In this document: positions 14,535 to 31,806 of the stretch, piece after piece
Numbering within the stretch: the first letter of the stretch is position 1
Layout of the letters: each line of letters begins with the position of its first letter
NCBI GenBank assembly: GCA_000004695.1
Contig: CM000152.2
Span: forward strand, 1,920,001 to 1,984,000
Length of the DNA: 64,000 bases
Direction of reading: 5' to 3'
From: Dictyostelium discoideum
Taxonomy: Eukaryota
Notes under the pieces: model-generated
What the model saw: only the letters and a program-made list of their open reading frames with translations
The model's database searches: none
Told to the model about the DNA's origin: nothing
Position numbers and translations under genes: made by a program

Positions 14535-15186
14535 ATGAACCCACAGATTACTACAACTTCTTCTTCTTCTTCTTCTTCTTTTTCTTCTTCAACACCAATA
14601 CTAACACCAACACCAACTAAAATAAAAGTAACAACAAATAATAATAATACATCACCAAATACTACAACTTTAAATACATCAACAACACACAACAATACAA
14701 CATCAACGACAGAAAATGATAATACTAATTGTGAAAAGAAAAAGAATAAACCAATAAAAATAAAAAGAGATAATGGAGTTATCATTAATAATAATGTATC
14801 ACTTTCAAAAGCTAGAAAACAATTTGGTTCAATAAAATTTGAAGATTTTATTATTGTTGAACAACAACCAACAACTACCGCCACCACAACAACTGGTGTA
14901 AACACAACATCAACCACTACTACCAATACAACCTCATCAATACCGACAGAAAAACTTAAAAAGAAGAAGAATTTCTTAATAAAAGATGAAAAACCTCCAA
15001 AACCAACTAGATTAAAAAGAGATATACAACTATTCACTTCAATTAAAGAAAACTATACAAAAGAAAAACAATTACAAAAAGAAGAAAATAAAATAAATAT
15101 AGAAAATCAATCTGAAAAAACAAATATTTCAATTGAAAATCATGAGAATACTGATGAAAATCTGGAAAATAATGTAAAAAGCCTTG

Positions 15187-15218
<32 letters not shown>

Positions 15219-16274
15219 CCACAAGTTCAACAACAAGTCCAACAACAAGTTCAACAACAAAATTTTCAAGAATATATAAATCAAATTTTACCAAATAATG
15301 ATATAAATAATACTTGTAAAGAATTAATTGGAATATTAAGAAAATTTCAAGAGAAATCATATTTAAATAATCCAGATAAACCAAAAAAAAGATATATTTG
15401 TGGATTAAGAGAAACTTTAAAATTTGTAGAATCAAATAAAGTCTCATGTGTAATTATAACACCAACCATTGAAGAGAATGGTGCATTAAATAAAATTGTT
15501 GAAGATATAGTTAGAATGTGTAAATCAAGATCTATTCTATACACGTTTGCATTATCAAGTAGATCATTAGGTAAATTAATAGGTAAAACAATTAAAATCA
15601 CTGTATTGGGTATATTAGATTATGATGGTGCAAATGAAATCTATCAAAAATTATTCACTCAAACAAAACAATCTAGAGATGAATTCTTTAAAATTCAAAA
15701 TATATTAAAGTTAAAAGAAAAAGAAGAAAAAGAACTTGAAAAAGTAGAAAAAGTACAAAAAGAAGAAAATCATATAGAAAATACAACAACGGCAACAACA
15801 ACAACAACAACTACTACTACTACCATTACAACAAATAATATACCTAAAAAATCAATACTAATTGTAGATGATGAAAAAATAAAATTAATGTTAGAAAGAA
15901 AAGAAAATATTGAGCAATATAAAGAGATTGAAACATTGTATAAAGAAGAGAAAAAGGAATTTAAAAAACAATATAAAGAACAACAAAAGGAGTTTCAAGT
16001 AATTAGACAACAAAAGAAAGAATTGGAAGAAAAAAAAGAACAAGAAAGAAAGAGACTTCAAAGATTAAAGCAAAAAGATATAAAACAACAACCACAACCA
16101 CAACAACAAAATCAAAATCCAAAAAAATTAAATTTTGGAAATAATAACAACACAACATTACAAAAAGATGTTTCTGATCAATTATTATATGATAACACTA
16201 ATGAAGTAATTCATTCTCAAACAAACAGCAAAACAACTGAAAAATCAAATAATAAAAAAAAAAATAAAAAATAA
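14535..16274 (+). CDS. SECIS-binding protein 2-like, L7Ae/L30e-family RNA-binding domain protein.
   Basis: TCKELIGILRKFQEKSYLNNPDKPKKRYICGLRETLKFVESNKVSCVIITPTIEENGALNKIVEDIVRMCKSRSILYTFALSSRSLGKLIGKTIKITVLGILDYDGANEIYQKLF aligns with SBP2 ...TDLLKELVRFQDRMYQKDPVKAKTKRRLVLGLREVLKHLKLKKLKCVIISPNCE...IPFVFALGRKALGRCVNKLVPVSVVGIFSYFGAESLFNKLV. The rest is low-complexity T/N/Q/K-rich. Confidence 0.6.
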
Positions 16275-16482
16275 TCTATATATATGATTTTATTTATAAA
16301 ATTTTTTTTAAAAAAGATATGTTTAATTAAAAGGGTATTCATTGAAACAAAACAAATCAATAAATAAAAATAAAAAATAAAATAAAATAAAATATTTAGG
16401 AGATCCCCCACTAAAAATAAAAAATACTTCATTTTCTAAAAAAAAAAAAAAAAAATCAGTTTTTTTTTTACAGTGGGAGATA

Positions 16483-16514
<32 letters not shown>

Positions 16515-16567
16515 TCGAATTAAAATAATTTTCATCGAATTAAACCCTCTTTACTTTAATTATTTTT

Positions 16568-16599
<32 letters not shown>

Positions 16600-16669
16600 C
16601 TTGGGCAATTCCTTTTTTTAAGTTTTTTTTTTTTTAACTAATTTTCTACTCAGCATCCTAATTTGAGAA

Positions 16670-17581
16670 ATGAATAAAATGTTTTTTAAAATATTTATAC
16701 TAATAATTTTAATTAATTTTATAAGTGGTAGGTTTCTTTTTTTTTTTTCTTTTTTTTTTTTCGTTTTTTATTTTTTTGATCTTAACATTTTTTTTTTTTT
16801 TTTTATTAAAAATCAAGTTTGCAAATCATTTTATAGTGTAACAACGAATGAATTTAAAGTTTCAGACCTTTCAGATTATTATAATGGAGGACCTAGTGAT
16901 TATTATTCAACTGGATCTCAAGCTTATTGTTCAAAATTTTTTTTTGCTTTAGTTGAACCATTAACAAATATTTTACCAAAACAAGCAATCAATGGAGTCA
17001 ATTATGCAAATGGTTCAAGTGATTCAAGAGTATTTCAATTATATTTAGTTTCTAATTCATTAGGTACAACTTATTATAATATTATTATTCAAGATTATAA
17101 TTCAAACAATTATACAATACAACAATTTTTTAAATTAGAATGTACTTGTAAGTATTTCTTTTCTTTTAATTTTTATTTATTATCATTTATTTAATTTTAT
17201 TTTACTATAGTTTTTTTAATTTTTTTTTTTAATTTTTTTTTTTTATAAAATAAATAGTACCACCAGATCCAATTATAACAAATGTAACAAATAATCAATT
17301 ATACAAATATCCATTTAGAGGTTTATATTATACTTTGGTAAAATTTGAAAATTTGGAGAAACCATTTAAAGTTAATTATATGGATTTTGTTTATCAAAAA
17401 TATTCAAATGGTTTTCAACCATATTCATTTTCTGGTGCAATTGATAAATTTTTTGTCTCAAAATTTTTAATTTCTCCAACTTCTGTTTTTTCAAATGATA
17501 ATATTATTGTAAACAATTCATATAGTTCATTTTCTTCAAAATTTAATGATTATATTTTAAAACCTTATTTTACAAAGAGTA

Positions 17582-17621
<40 letters not shown>

Positions 17622-20600
17622 AATTTAATCACAATTTAATTAATTTATTATTATTTTTTTAAAATAGATACATCTTTTGCTGGTAATATAATTGTTTCAA
17701 ATTTTAATAAATATCCAAGTGATTGTACAGTTTTACCATATGGACAATGCGTAGTTTTAATAGATTTAATAATGAATTCTACAAATTATTATTTATTATC
17801 AAATAATACTAATTTGGGAAATCCACAATTAGTTTCAGGTACTGAATTAAGTGGTAAATACTATTTATCGATTCCTCCAAGATTTGGATCATCAGGAGGT
17901 GTTTCAATTGGTTCTTTTGAAAATGGATTATATACAAGGTATATTTTAAACTTTCCAGTAGCTTATACTTATCCTCCAGCTCCAGCAATAGTTAATTCTG
18001 TTTTTACATTACAAACTCTAGATGGCAAAACAGTTCAATTTGGTGGTCAACTAAATAATTCTTTCCCATATTTTGGTGATTTATATTTTTCAAATAAAAA
18101 AGGTGGACCAAATAGACCAAATACAAAAGCACCATCTTGCTATCCTTATCTTGGTGGTACAAAAGATAAATTAATGTTTTCCTTAATCTTACCAATATCA
18201 AGTTATTCAAGATCAGTTTCACCCTATATGGCAATCTCTTATACGTTTATGAATTTAGTTGGTACAAATTTTAATTTGGTGACACAAATAACACCAACTT
18301 TAACTGGTGATACAACACCTCCAGTAATTGAAAATTTTGAAATCTTTGAAAATCCTTCAAATCCTGATGAAGTTATAATTAGAATGGATATTACCGATCA
18401 AGTTAGTGGTGTTCGTTATGTTGAAATTTCGTGTGGTTTTGGTTCATTACAAACCTATATTTACAGAGGTGATTCCACAGATTTAGTTGAAGGTACTATT
18501 TTTAGTGGTGTTTATCAATTTTCAATACCAAAATACTATACACGTGACCGTATTTCCATGTATATAGTTGATAATGCTATCAATGTTCTTTACCTTTCAA
18601 CTTATTCAGTATATAAGGGATTAAAAAGAGTTGAACCTTTCCCATATCCAGTAATAACACTTTTAGATATTGGTAATGTTTACTTTGAAAAGAATGATTT
18701 AGATCTATCAAATAATGGTGCTGATAATATTCTATATATTCAATTAAAGAATAATACTATAAAGAATCTATCATTCTCTTTGGTACCATTTTTTAATATT
18801 GAAGATAAAACACCAGATTTAACTATTGCAAATGAAGATTATTTCTATGGCAACCGTAAAAATTATCAAAGTAAATGGAATGAAACTTTACAATTGTATC
18901 AAATTGAATTCACAATTCCAGCTCGTTTACCAACTGGTGTGCTATCATATAATATAAATCCAGTTGAAAATTTAAATAGTGCGGTATTATACTCAATGTT
19001 TGGTACAAATAGTGAATTAAGAGTAAAAAGTAATGATTGTGATATAATGGGACCAATTGTTAGCTCTTTTCAAGTGACTCCAAGTTCAACAGTCACCATT
19101 CCAATTTCACCAACTCAATCTACAATGATTGGTTTTAACTTTTTAATTGAGGATCATTTAAATGGTATCAATAGTGTTTATATCACAATTGCTTCAAATC
19201 TTGATTTAGTTGGTTATGAATTTAAATTTGAAAATATTACAGGTACTCCATTACAATATTCTGTTGATGCAAAATTCCCAATTCATTCATATGATAAACC
19301 ACAAACATATACCATTTCAAATTTTAAAACAATTGATGGCCAAGGTTTCGTTGCAGAGTATCCAAATTTGGTAAAAGTTAATCCATTGTTTAAATTTATA
19401 AATAGTGGTCAAATATCAATTTCAACCATCAATGATGTGATTGGAAATTATATTCAAGATACCACACCACCACTTTTAACAAGTTGGAATGTTTCAAAAC
19501 AAACAGTACAAGATTTGGATAATATCTTGTTATTTGATTTCACAATTGAAGATTTAGAATCTGGTGTTTCAATTGTAAATAATCCATCAGTTATAATAGT
19601 TTGTGATAATAGTTTACTAATTGAAGGTAAATCAGAGATTATTTCAACAGTTCCAAATAGCAACAATCAATACATTAATAAATCCATAACTTATAGAGCT
19701 AAAATTACAGTACCATTTTTATTTGGTTATCCAAATGGTATCTCTTTAGGATTATACGGTATTTATGATAATCATCGTAATTTAAATGGTTTTGATGCAA
19801 AGAAATTAAATTCATTAGGTTTTCAATTTTTTGTAAATGCTCCATATGGTCAAAGTAATTCAATCATTACTTCATTATTCTATAATAGTGATGGTTTTAT
19901 TATTATTGAAGGTTTGAAATTTGGTATTAATCCAAAAGTTAAATTAATTAATACTCTATCAGGTGAAACTGTTATAAAAGCAATCCCAACTCCATACATT
20001 AATAAAACCATTATCTATTTAGATGCAATCGAATTTAGAAGTTCTTCACTTTCAAATGGTTTTAGAGTATATGTATCAAATAATGGTGTAGATTTTTCAA
20101 ATGATTTATTTGTTACCTTACCTGTAATTCCAACTGAATCACCAACACAAACTCAAACACCAACACAAACTCAAACACCAACACAAACTCAAACACAAAC
20201 ACCAACACAAACTCAAACACAAACACAAACACCAACACCAACACAAACTCAAACACCATTACCAACAAATACACCATCACCGTGCAAAGGTAATCCAATT
20301 TGTGGTGGTAATGATCAAGGTAAATGTACAAAATTAGGATGTGTTTGTATATTACCTTATTTTGGTGATGATTGTTCATCAAAGGTTATTATTGACATTA
20401 AGCCAACAGTTAATGAAACCCAACCACAAGTTACTATACCATATGAGCAAATTAATACAAAAGCAAAGGTATCAAGTTTAGTTTCAGTCTATTCTCTAAG
20501 AGAAATTGATTTTAATGGTAAAATAAAAAATGAATACCTTCTCGGGGAATGGGATTATGAAGTTCTCTCTGATAATGAATTTAAATATTCAACTGAAATC

Positions 20601-21278
20601 ATTAATAAAAACAATGCATCAAGTAGTACTAGCATCATTGCAATTATTAAAAAATTTGAAACTACAACTGATATAGTTTTTGCAAATGAAAAGATAACGA
20701 TGCTACCATCAACAATGAAATATTATATCAACATTTCAAATTATCAATTCATTAATGAATTACATAATTTAAATTTAGTTATGTACACATCGATATCAAC
20801 ATCCCAAACTGATGACGTTTGTTCAGCTAGTAGTTTTGGTGATTCATCATCACAATTGTCATCTCAATATATAAAGATTCAAATCAATGACGTCAGTCTC
20901 TATGGTGAATTCATTAAACGTGCTATAGTTGATGGTAGAATCATTGGGGTTTCCAATAGAAAACTAGATGAGGAATTATCATTAAATACTGGTAATAATG
21001 CACACACTTTTATTGCTATTGAAATTCCAAATTATAAAGATTCAATTGAATTGGATCCAAACTTTAGTGTACTATTAGAATCAAATTCACCAACTGATAA
21101 TTCAATTTGCAATAGCAATAATTCTGGTTTATCTAAAACCCAATTAATTGGTATCATTATTGGTTCAGTTTTCTTTGCTGTTGTTATTGCAATTGGTGTT
21201 ACTTATTTAGTTTTTAGAAATTCAACTTCACTTCGTATTAAAGCAAGATCTTTTAAATTAAAACCATTTAAAAAATAA
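16670..21278 (+). CDS. Large secreted/type-I membrane glycoprotein with a signal peptide, one EGF-like 6-Cys module, a (TQTQTP)n linker and a C-terminal TM anchor. Exons 16670..16727, 16818..17147, 17258..17578, 17668..21278.
   Basis: The signal peptide MNKMFFKIFILIILINFISG is followed by donor G|GTAGGT. Three short introns have GTAAGT donors at 17148 and 17579 and acceptors at 16816-17, 17256-57 and 17666-67, all frame-consistent with the 1168-aa distal ORF. The EGF-like module is CKGNPICGGNDQGKCTKLGCVCILPYFGDDC. The TM segment is LIGIIIGSVFFAVVIAIGVTYLVF, with a short basic tail. There are many N-glycosylation sequons. Family assignment (tgr/lag-like adhesion protein?) is uncertain. Confidence 0.6.
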
Positions 21279-21565
21279 TTTGTTAAAATACAAAATAAAT
21301 AAATAAATTAAAATTTGTATAATTGTAATAAATATAGTTATCAATTTCCATTTCCATTTTTTTTTTTATTTTTTTTTTTTTTATTTCTAAAGTCTCAAAA
21401 AGGTAAAACAAAATTAATTCTGATGAAAAATTATAAATCAAATAAATAAAAAAAATTGTTTATTACTTTGTTTTAAATCTACACATATAGATATATTTTT
21501 TTTTTTTTTAAAAAAAAAATTTTATTATCATTATTTTTATTTTTTATTTTTATATAAATTAAAAT

Positions 21566-24500
21566 TTAATTACCAAAAGATTGAAGTTTAAATTCATTTA
21601 AAAGTGGAGCAACAATTGTAAAAATTGAAGGACTATTTTTTGAAAGATTTGTAAAGAAATCAGAGAGATATTTAAGTAATTCAATATGATAGATTGGATC
21701 AGATTTTGAAATGATTTCAAAGGCATCTTCAGTGAATTCATCTTGTAAGTATTGGGCAAGATCATCATTATCATCATCACCAGCATAATCGATCATATGA
21801 GCGTATTCTTCAGCAGGGGCAAAACCATTTTCATCAACATTTGGATATCTCTTTGAAGTGGTTTCTTCATCATCTTCATCATCTTCATCCTCATCATCAT
21901 CATAGTCTTCATCAGAATCGTGATGATCTTGTGGTGTTGAATTTGCAGTACCATTTGAATTTTTAGCTAATTCCTCTTTCTCCAATTTAACAGTCTCTAA
22001 AAGATTTTCCATTATTTTGTTAAAGAGATTTACTTTTGTCCATTCTTCATTTAAACCGCCATTATATTGACTTTTCTTTCTTCTAATATCACGAGTTGAA
22101 CGATCTGGAATGATTTGTCTACCATCAATATTGATTGATTCTAAACGTGGATCATTTAAAGATACCAATGTACACATCGCAACGACTGAAACGTTATTTT
22201 CAAGTTTTGATGTCATTTCTAAATGATATTTTTGCCATTCATTTAAAACAAACACAAGTGCACTACCATTACCATTTGGACCAGGAATAGCGGCTAAATA
22301 ATCGATGATTGTAGTTTTATGTTGAATGATTAAACGAGCGAAAACTGAAGAGAAAGCTCTCTTTGTTGATGGTAATTTACAATTGTAAAATGCTTGAAGT
22401 GTAGATTCAAACAATGGTACTGTTTGAGCACCAATGATTTCACTATGTTTAACTAAAAGAGCACTGATGATTGATGGTACTTCAACATGAACCAATTCAT
22501 CAGTTTCAAAGAGTACACGTCTTAAAACCAAAAACAAACCATGTAAACCATTGATAGTGGTTGTTGTTGGTGTTGGTGTTGGTGGTGTTGCAGATTGAGT
22601 ATTTGAAGCACTAGTAAAAGTCCATTTCAACAAGAGATCGGATGAAGTTTTATAAACGAATGGTAAGAGAGTACATAATGATGCCTTGAGAATACCTCTA
22701 TTGGCTTGACAATCGCAAGTTAATAGAATATTTAAAATTGGTGAAAACAATTGATCCAAAAGGAATGAATCAATTTGTTGATCAACATTTGCAATCAATA
22801 GAGAGAGTACATCGGCAGCGGAATCGGCAATAGGATTGTACATTGGGTTTGTGTAATCGGAAAGGATGATATTTAGAGTTGGAATCATACGTTGTAAAAT
22901 ACCAGGATAAGATTTTGGACAAGCACAAATGATTTGGAAAATCTCTTTCAAAGCATCGCTAAACATTGGATCATTTCCATAGTTTATCCAAGCTTGTGAA
23001 AGATGAGGTATTAATAATGGTTCCAATTTGCCAGTGATATCCTTATCGATTTTAACCAACATTTTAATACAATCCAACACCAATAATAAACTATCCTCTG
23101 ACAATTGATTAATCATTGAAATCAATGCTTGAACTGTGGATGGAATATAATCTACAATGGATTGAGCGGAAATCTTTGGAGCAAAACTACCAATTGCCAT
23201 AACAGCAGTTAATTTCAAAGTGACTGGAATATTTTGAGTGATTAAAACGACTGCTTGGTTAAAGAATGGTAATGAAATTGAAGGATCGACTAATTTTGCA
23301 AATTTACTAGCACAAATCAATGAACGACCACGTAAAATCAAAGATCCTTGATCATTCTCATTGAGTGTACCTTGAAAATCTTGAATTAAATTGGTTGAAA
23401 GGAATGAAACTGCATCAAATTGTTTAATCTTTGATAATTGTTGAGATGAATCACAAAGGGCAACCAATGCAGCCTCTCTAATTTTCCACCATGAATTTGT
23501 ATTTTTGCTGTTTTTATTCTTTTCCTCTTGTGCTTTTATTAATGTCTCTGAAATGACTTCAAAGAGATATTTTGAACCTTCAGATTTATAAGTTTCACAC
23601 ATTGATTGAACCAATGAAGTTGAGACAACTCTTGGAGTATAAGTGGTATCATCTTCATTCTCTAAGAATAAATTTGGATCACTATCCCAAAGTTCAACCA
23701 ATTCATAGTTCATTTGCATATATTGAATAGAGTTTGCAAAGATTGGTTTCAAAAAAGGTTTGAATAATGGTGCCAATGTTTGATTGGAAACGATTTGTTG
23801 CATGAAATCAAAGATTGATGATACTAAACGATCGATCTTTGTGATACCTTCCTCTACGAAATTAGAAACTATACCATGCACTGGATTGATTTCAACCTTT
23901 TCATAGATTGGATAACAATTGTTAAAGAGTGTCCAAATTGGTGGTAGTATCTCTTGAATATATTTCGAGGTTTTCTTTGGGAAATCTTGAATTAACATTG
24001 TGAAGATCTCAACCATCGCTGACATTATAGTGAAATAATGATTGATATGTGGTGAACCTAAATCCAATACCCTTGATAAATGTCCCGTAAAAATGGGTAC
24101 CCATGTTGAAATGAATGGAAATAATGCCTTTGACAAACCTTTGGTTACACCCTTCATATAGGTTAAATGAGTCACTGTTGATCTAAATACATTAATAATT
24201 CTAATATGAATCATTGGATCAATATCTTTACCTAATAACTCTGAAAATACTGGATAAACTTGTTTAATTAATATTTCAATTTGTTCTTCTGATATATTAC
24301 CATCTTGTGGATCACATAATAATTCTAAACATCTAATTACACCATGTAATAAATCATTATTATTATTATTATTTGTATCATTATTATTTACTCTATTTAA
24401 ACATCCAATTAATTCGTCAACTAATTCTGGCCAATCATGTGGCCATTCATATGCTCCAATTTTCGCAATACACATTGCCTATTATTAAATAATAAAATAA

Positions 24501-24999
24501 ATATAATAAATATATATAAACAATATTGTTGTTGTTGTTGTTGTTCACCTATTAATTATATTTTTTTTGAAAAACTTACAATTGCTGTACGAATTTTTGA
24601 AGATGGATCTGATAAACATGGTGATAATAATTTTTTAATTTCGGTTTTTTCTTCTTTTGTTAAAACTCTATATTCTTTTGGTTGTTGTTGTTGTTGTTGT
24701 TGTAATTTCATTTGTTGTAATTGAATTTTTTCATGTTCATTTAAATTATCATCACCTTCTTCATCAGATTGAGAATCATTAAATTCATTCCAATGTTTAC
24801 TAATATATTTCTTTAATAGGATACCTGAAAATTGTCTATGAACCATATCAAATTGTTTATCGCTTGCTAACTTTGCTAATACAACTCCAAATCCAATTTC
24901 GTTGGTAATCTCTTCTAATTTATTTTCATAATGTTTATTCAATTTTGGATCATTCAATCCATTTATTAATTCTATAACATTCTCTATTGTAATTGTCAT
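21566..24999 (-). CDS. ipo9: Importin-9 (RanBP9-type karyopherin beta). Exons 24999..24580 and 24478..21566.
   Basis: The importin N-terminal domain lies in exon 1 (...ILLKKYISKHWNEF...SKIRTAI|GTAAGT). Acceptor ...TAATAG at 24480-79 gives AMCIAKIGAYEWPHDWPELVDEL, matching importin-9 [35 protein letters not shown] matches EHWWKIHEACMLALG. The C-terminal acidic tail DEDYDDDEDEDDEDDEE...DPIYHIELLKYLSDFF matches [34 protein letters not shown]. Confidence 0.8.
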
Positions 25000-25073
25000 C
25001 GTTTTGCTTATGGTTATGGTACTACTCTTTTTTTTTTTTTTTTAAATTAAAATCGAGTGAAAACCGACGAAGG

Positions 25074-25118
<45 letters not shown>

Positions 25119-25986
25119 AAAATTTTTAAAAAAAAAAATAAATAAAAAAAAAAAAAAATAAATAAAAATAAAAATATCAATGGGTGCAAACAAATCAATG
25201 AATATTTCAATTTTTTTTTTAACTTTAAATTTATTTTGCATAACTAAATGATGAATTTTTTTTTTTTGTTATTATTATTTTTCATTATTTTGTTTTTGTT
25301 GATAATATTTCAATATGTTATTATTATTATTATTATTATTATTGGTTGGTTAATATTTGAGTTTTATCTTCACCATCAGTGGATGACCCCACTATATTCT
25401 TTCCTTTGATAATTAAGTAAGTAAACTTTTACTGTTCCCTTTAGGTAAATGTTACATTCTCCAAGATTATCACGATTTTTAATTCCAAGAACTTGGCACT
25501 TTTTAATTTCTAATATTCATTGAAACATCCGAGTTTTTTCATTTGGTACAACGGAACACTTTACACCTTTTACTTGTGAAAAATATTTTTGAATTGGTTC
25601 CCTTTAATTTTATTTTATCAATTTGTTTCTTTTTTGTTTTGTTGTTGTTGTTGTTGTGCTTGTTACTAAAATATTTTTTCAAAAATTTTGTTTTTTTTTT
25701 TTTTTTTTTTTTTTCCCAGATTCCATTATATTTTTTTATTTTATTTTTTATTTTTAAAATTTTCTTTATTTGAAAGAAGTGATCTTTTATTGTAATCCAT
25801 TTTAATTTTTTTATTTTTTAATTTAAAAATTTTTTTTTTTTTTTTTTTTTTTTTTCAATTTTTTAATTTTATTTTTTTAACTAATTTTTTCATTTTCCCC
25901 TCTTATTTAACACATATATATACATATATATATATATTTATTTTTTCTTTTTTTTTTTCTTTTTTTTTACAAAAAAAAAAAACAAT

Positions 25987-30187
<4,201 letters not shown>

Positions 30188-30233
30188 ATAGTAAGAAAAT
30201 AAATAAAATCTTTAGGATAATTTTATTTTAAGA

Positions 30234-30279
<46 letters not shown>

Positions 30280-30280
<1 letters not shown>

Positions 30281-30329
30281 ATTTCAAGAAGTAATTTGAT
30301 TATAAACAGTCAAATTACTTCTTGAAATC
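30280..30329. repeat. Perfect 20-bp inverted repeat (GATTTCAAGAAGTAATTTGA / TCAAATTACTTCTTGAAATC) with a 10-nt loop, flanked by T40 upstream and A11 downstream.
   Basis: Seen directly in the sequence. It lies in the 230-bp spacer between the convergent 3' ends of cnd3 (+, stop 30187) and the GATA gene (-, stop 30418). Confidence 0.9.
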
Positions 30330-30417
30330 AAAAAAAAAAAACAATTGTAATTATAACCCATTACAATTTTTTTTTTTGTTTTTCTTTTTTTTTATTTTAT
30401 TTTATTTATAGTTTTTT

Positions 30418-31017
30418 TCAATTTAAAACATTTTTAATACTATGTTTTTCTTTTGATAATTTTTCTTTTTTTTTTTTTTTATAAATTTGTAAACCACAAG
30501 CATTACATAAATAAACGGTTTTATCACCATCTTTTCCTTTTCTCCAGTAAGGAGTTTCTTGGGTCTTGCATATACTACATCCACCTGGTCGTGGTTTGGC
30601 CATAGGCTTTAGTTTTTTAGAAGGAACCCTTTCTGAAGAAGAAGAAGATGTCGAAGAACTAGAAGAAGAATCTGAATCACTACTAGTTTCTTCTTCATCA
30701 TCCCCTTCTTCAAAATTTTCATTTCCAAAAAGATTTAAATGTTCAATTAATACAGATGGAGAAAGTGTTTGCTTTAAATTTGAATTTGGTGTTATAACAT
30801 TATTGTTTGGAGATGAAGTTGTAGTGGTTGTTGTGGTTGTTGTAGTTGTTGTAGTTGTATTTGTACTTGTGTTTTGAAGATTTCCAAAAGTATTTGTTGG
30901 TTGCACTCCATCAAGTTCTTTTAATTTATTAATATTATCTTCTAATAGATTCGTTAATTCTTGAGGTTTTATTAATGATTGTAAACTATTTTCTATATCA
31001 TTCAGAATCTGGTTTAA

Positions 31018-31059
<42 letters not shown>

Positions 31060-31163
31060 AGTATTTGTTTAAAATAAATTATAATTGTTTTGGAATTTGG
31101 AGAAAAAAAAAAATTACAGTTTTGTATAATAAATTTCTGTTAGTTTTATATTCACTATTATTA

Positions 31164-31216
<53 letters not shown>

Positions 31217-31240
31217 ATTATTATTATTATTATGAGCCAT
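30418..31240 (-). CDS. GATA-type zinc finger transcription factor. The main exon is 31008..30418, with a putative upstream ATG exon 31240..31118.
   Basis: CSICKTQETPYWRKGKDGDKTVYLCNACGL is a canonical C-x2-C-x17-C-x2-C GATA finger followed by a basic KKKKKEK tail. The 200-aa ORF has no ATG before the finger region. A candidate first exon (ATG 31240, MAHNNNN...NSEYKTNRNLLYKT, donor GTAATT at 31117-16) joins in frame to acceptor AACCAG at 31010-09. Confidence 0.6.
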
Positions 31241-31366
31241 TTTCCAAAGATTAATTAAAAAAACAAAATGAAAATTTTATTTTATTTTTTTGAACAAACA
31301 GTGTTGATCAATTTAATACCAAGAATTATAATTACTTGGAATAATTAAAATTTTAAGAATAACATT

Positions 31367-31402
<36 letters not shown>

Positions 31403-31641
31403 TTTTTTTTTTTTTTTTTTTTTTAATATTGATTTAATTTTTGATTGGTCTACAAAAATTTTTCTTTGAAAAAAAAATTAATAAAAAAAAAATTATTTAA
31501 AAAAAAAAAAAAAAAAAATTAAAATTACAATTGTTAAAGATATTTAAAAAATTAAGTTTCCAACTAATTCATACCTCCACATATTTAATTTTTTTTTAAA
31601 ACAGACCCAAAAATAAATTTTTTTTTTTTTTTTTTTTTTTT

Positions 31642-31680
<39 letters not shown>

Positions 31681-31806
31681 CAATTTTATTCACCAATTTC
31701 GTTTGAAATGCATTAAAATATCTTTTTATATATATATATTTATATATAAAAATATTAAAAAATAGTAATACTAATAATAATCAAAAATAAAAAAATAAAA
31801 TAAAAA

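Noticed and set aside
16400-16490. Imperfect inverted repeat ATCCCCACT...AGTGGGAGAT around a poly-A/poly-T core downstream of the SBP2-like gene
   Set aside because: Only 7 bp of stem. It is within the range expected by chance in this composition, so I do not report it as a feature.
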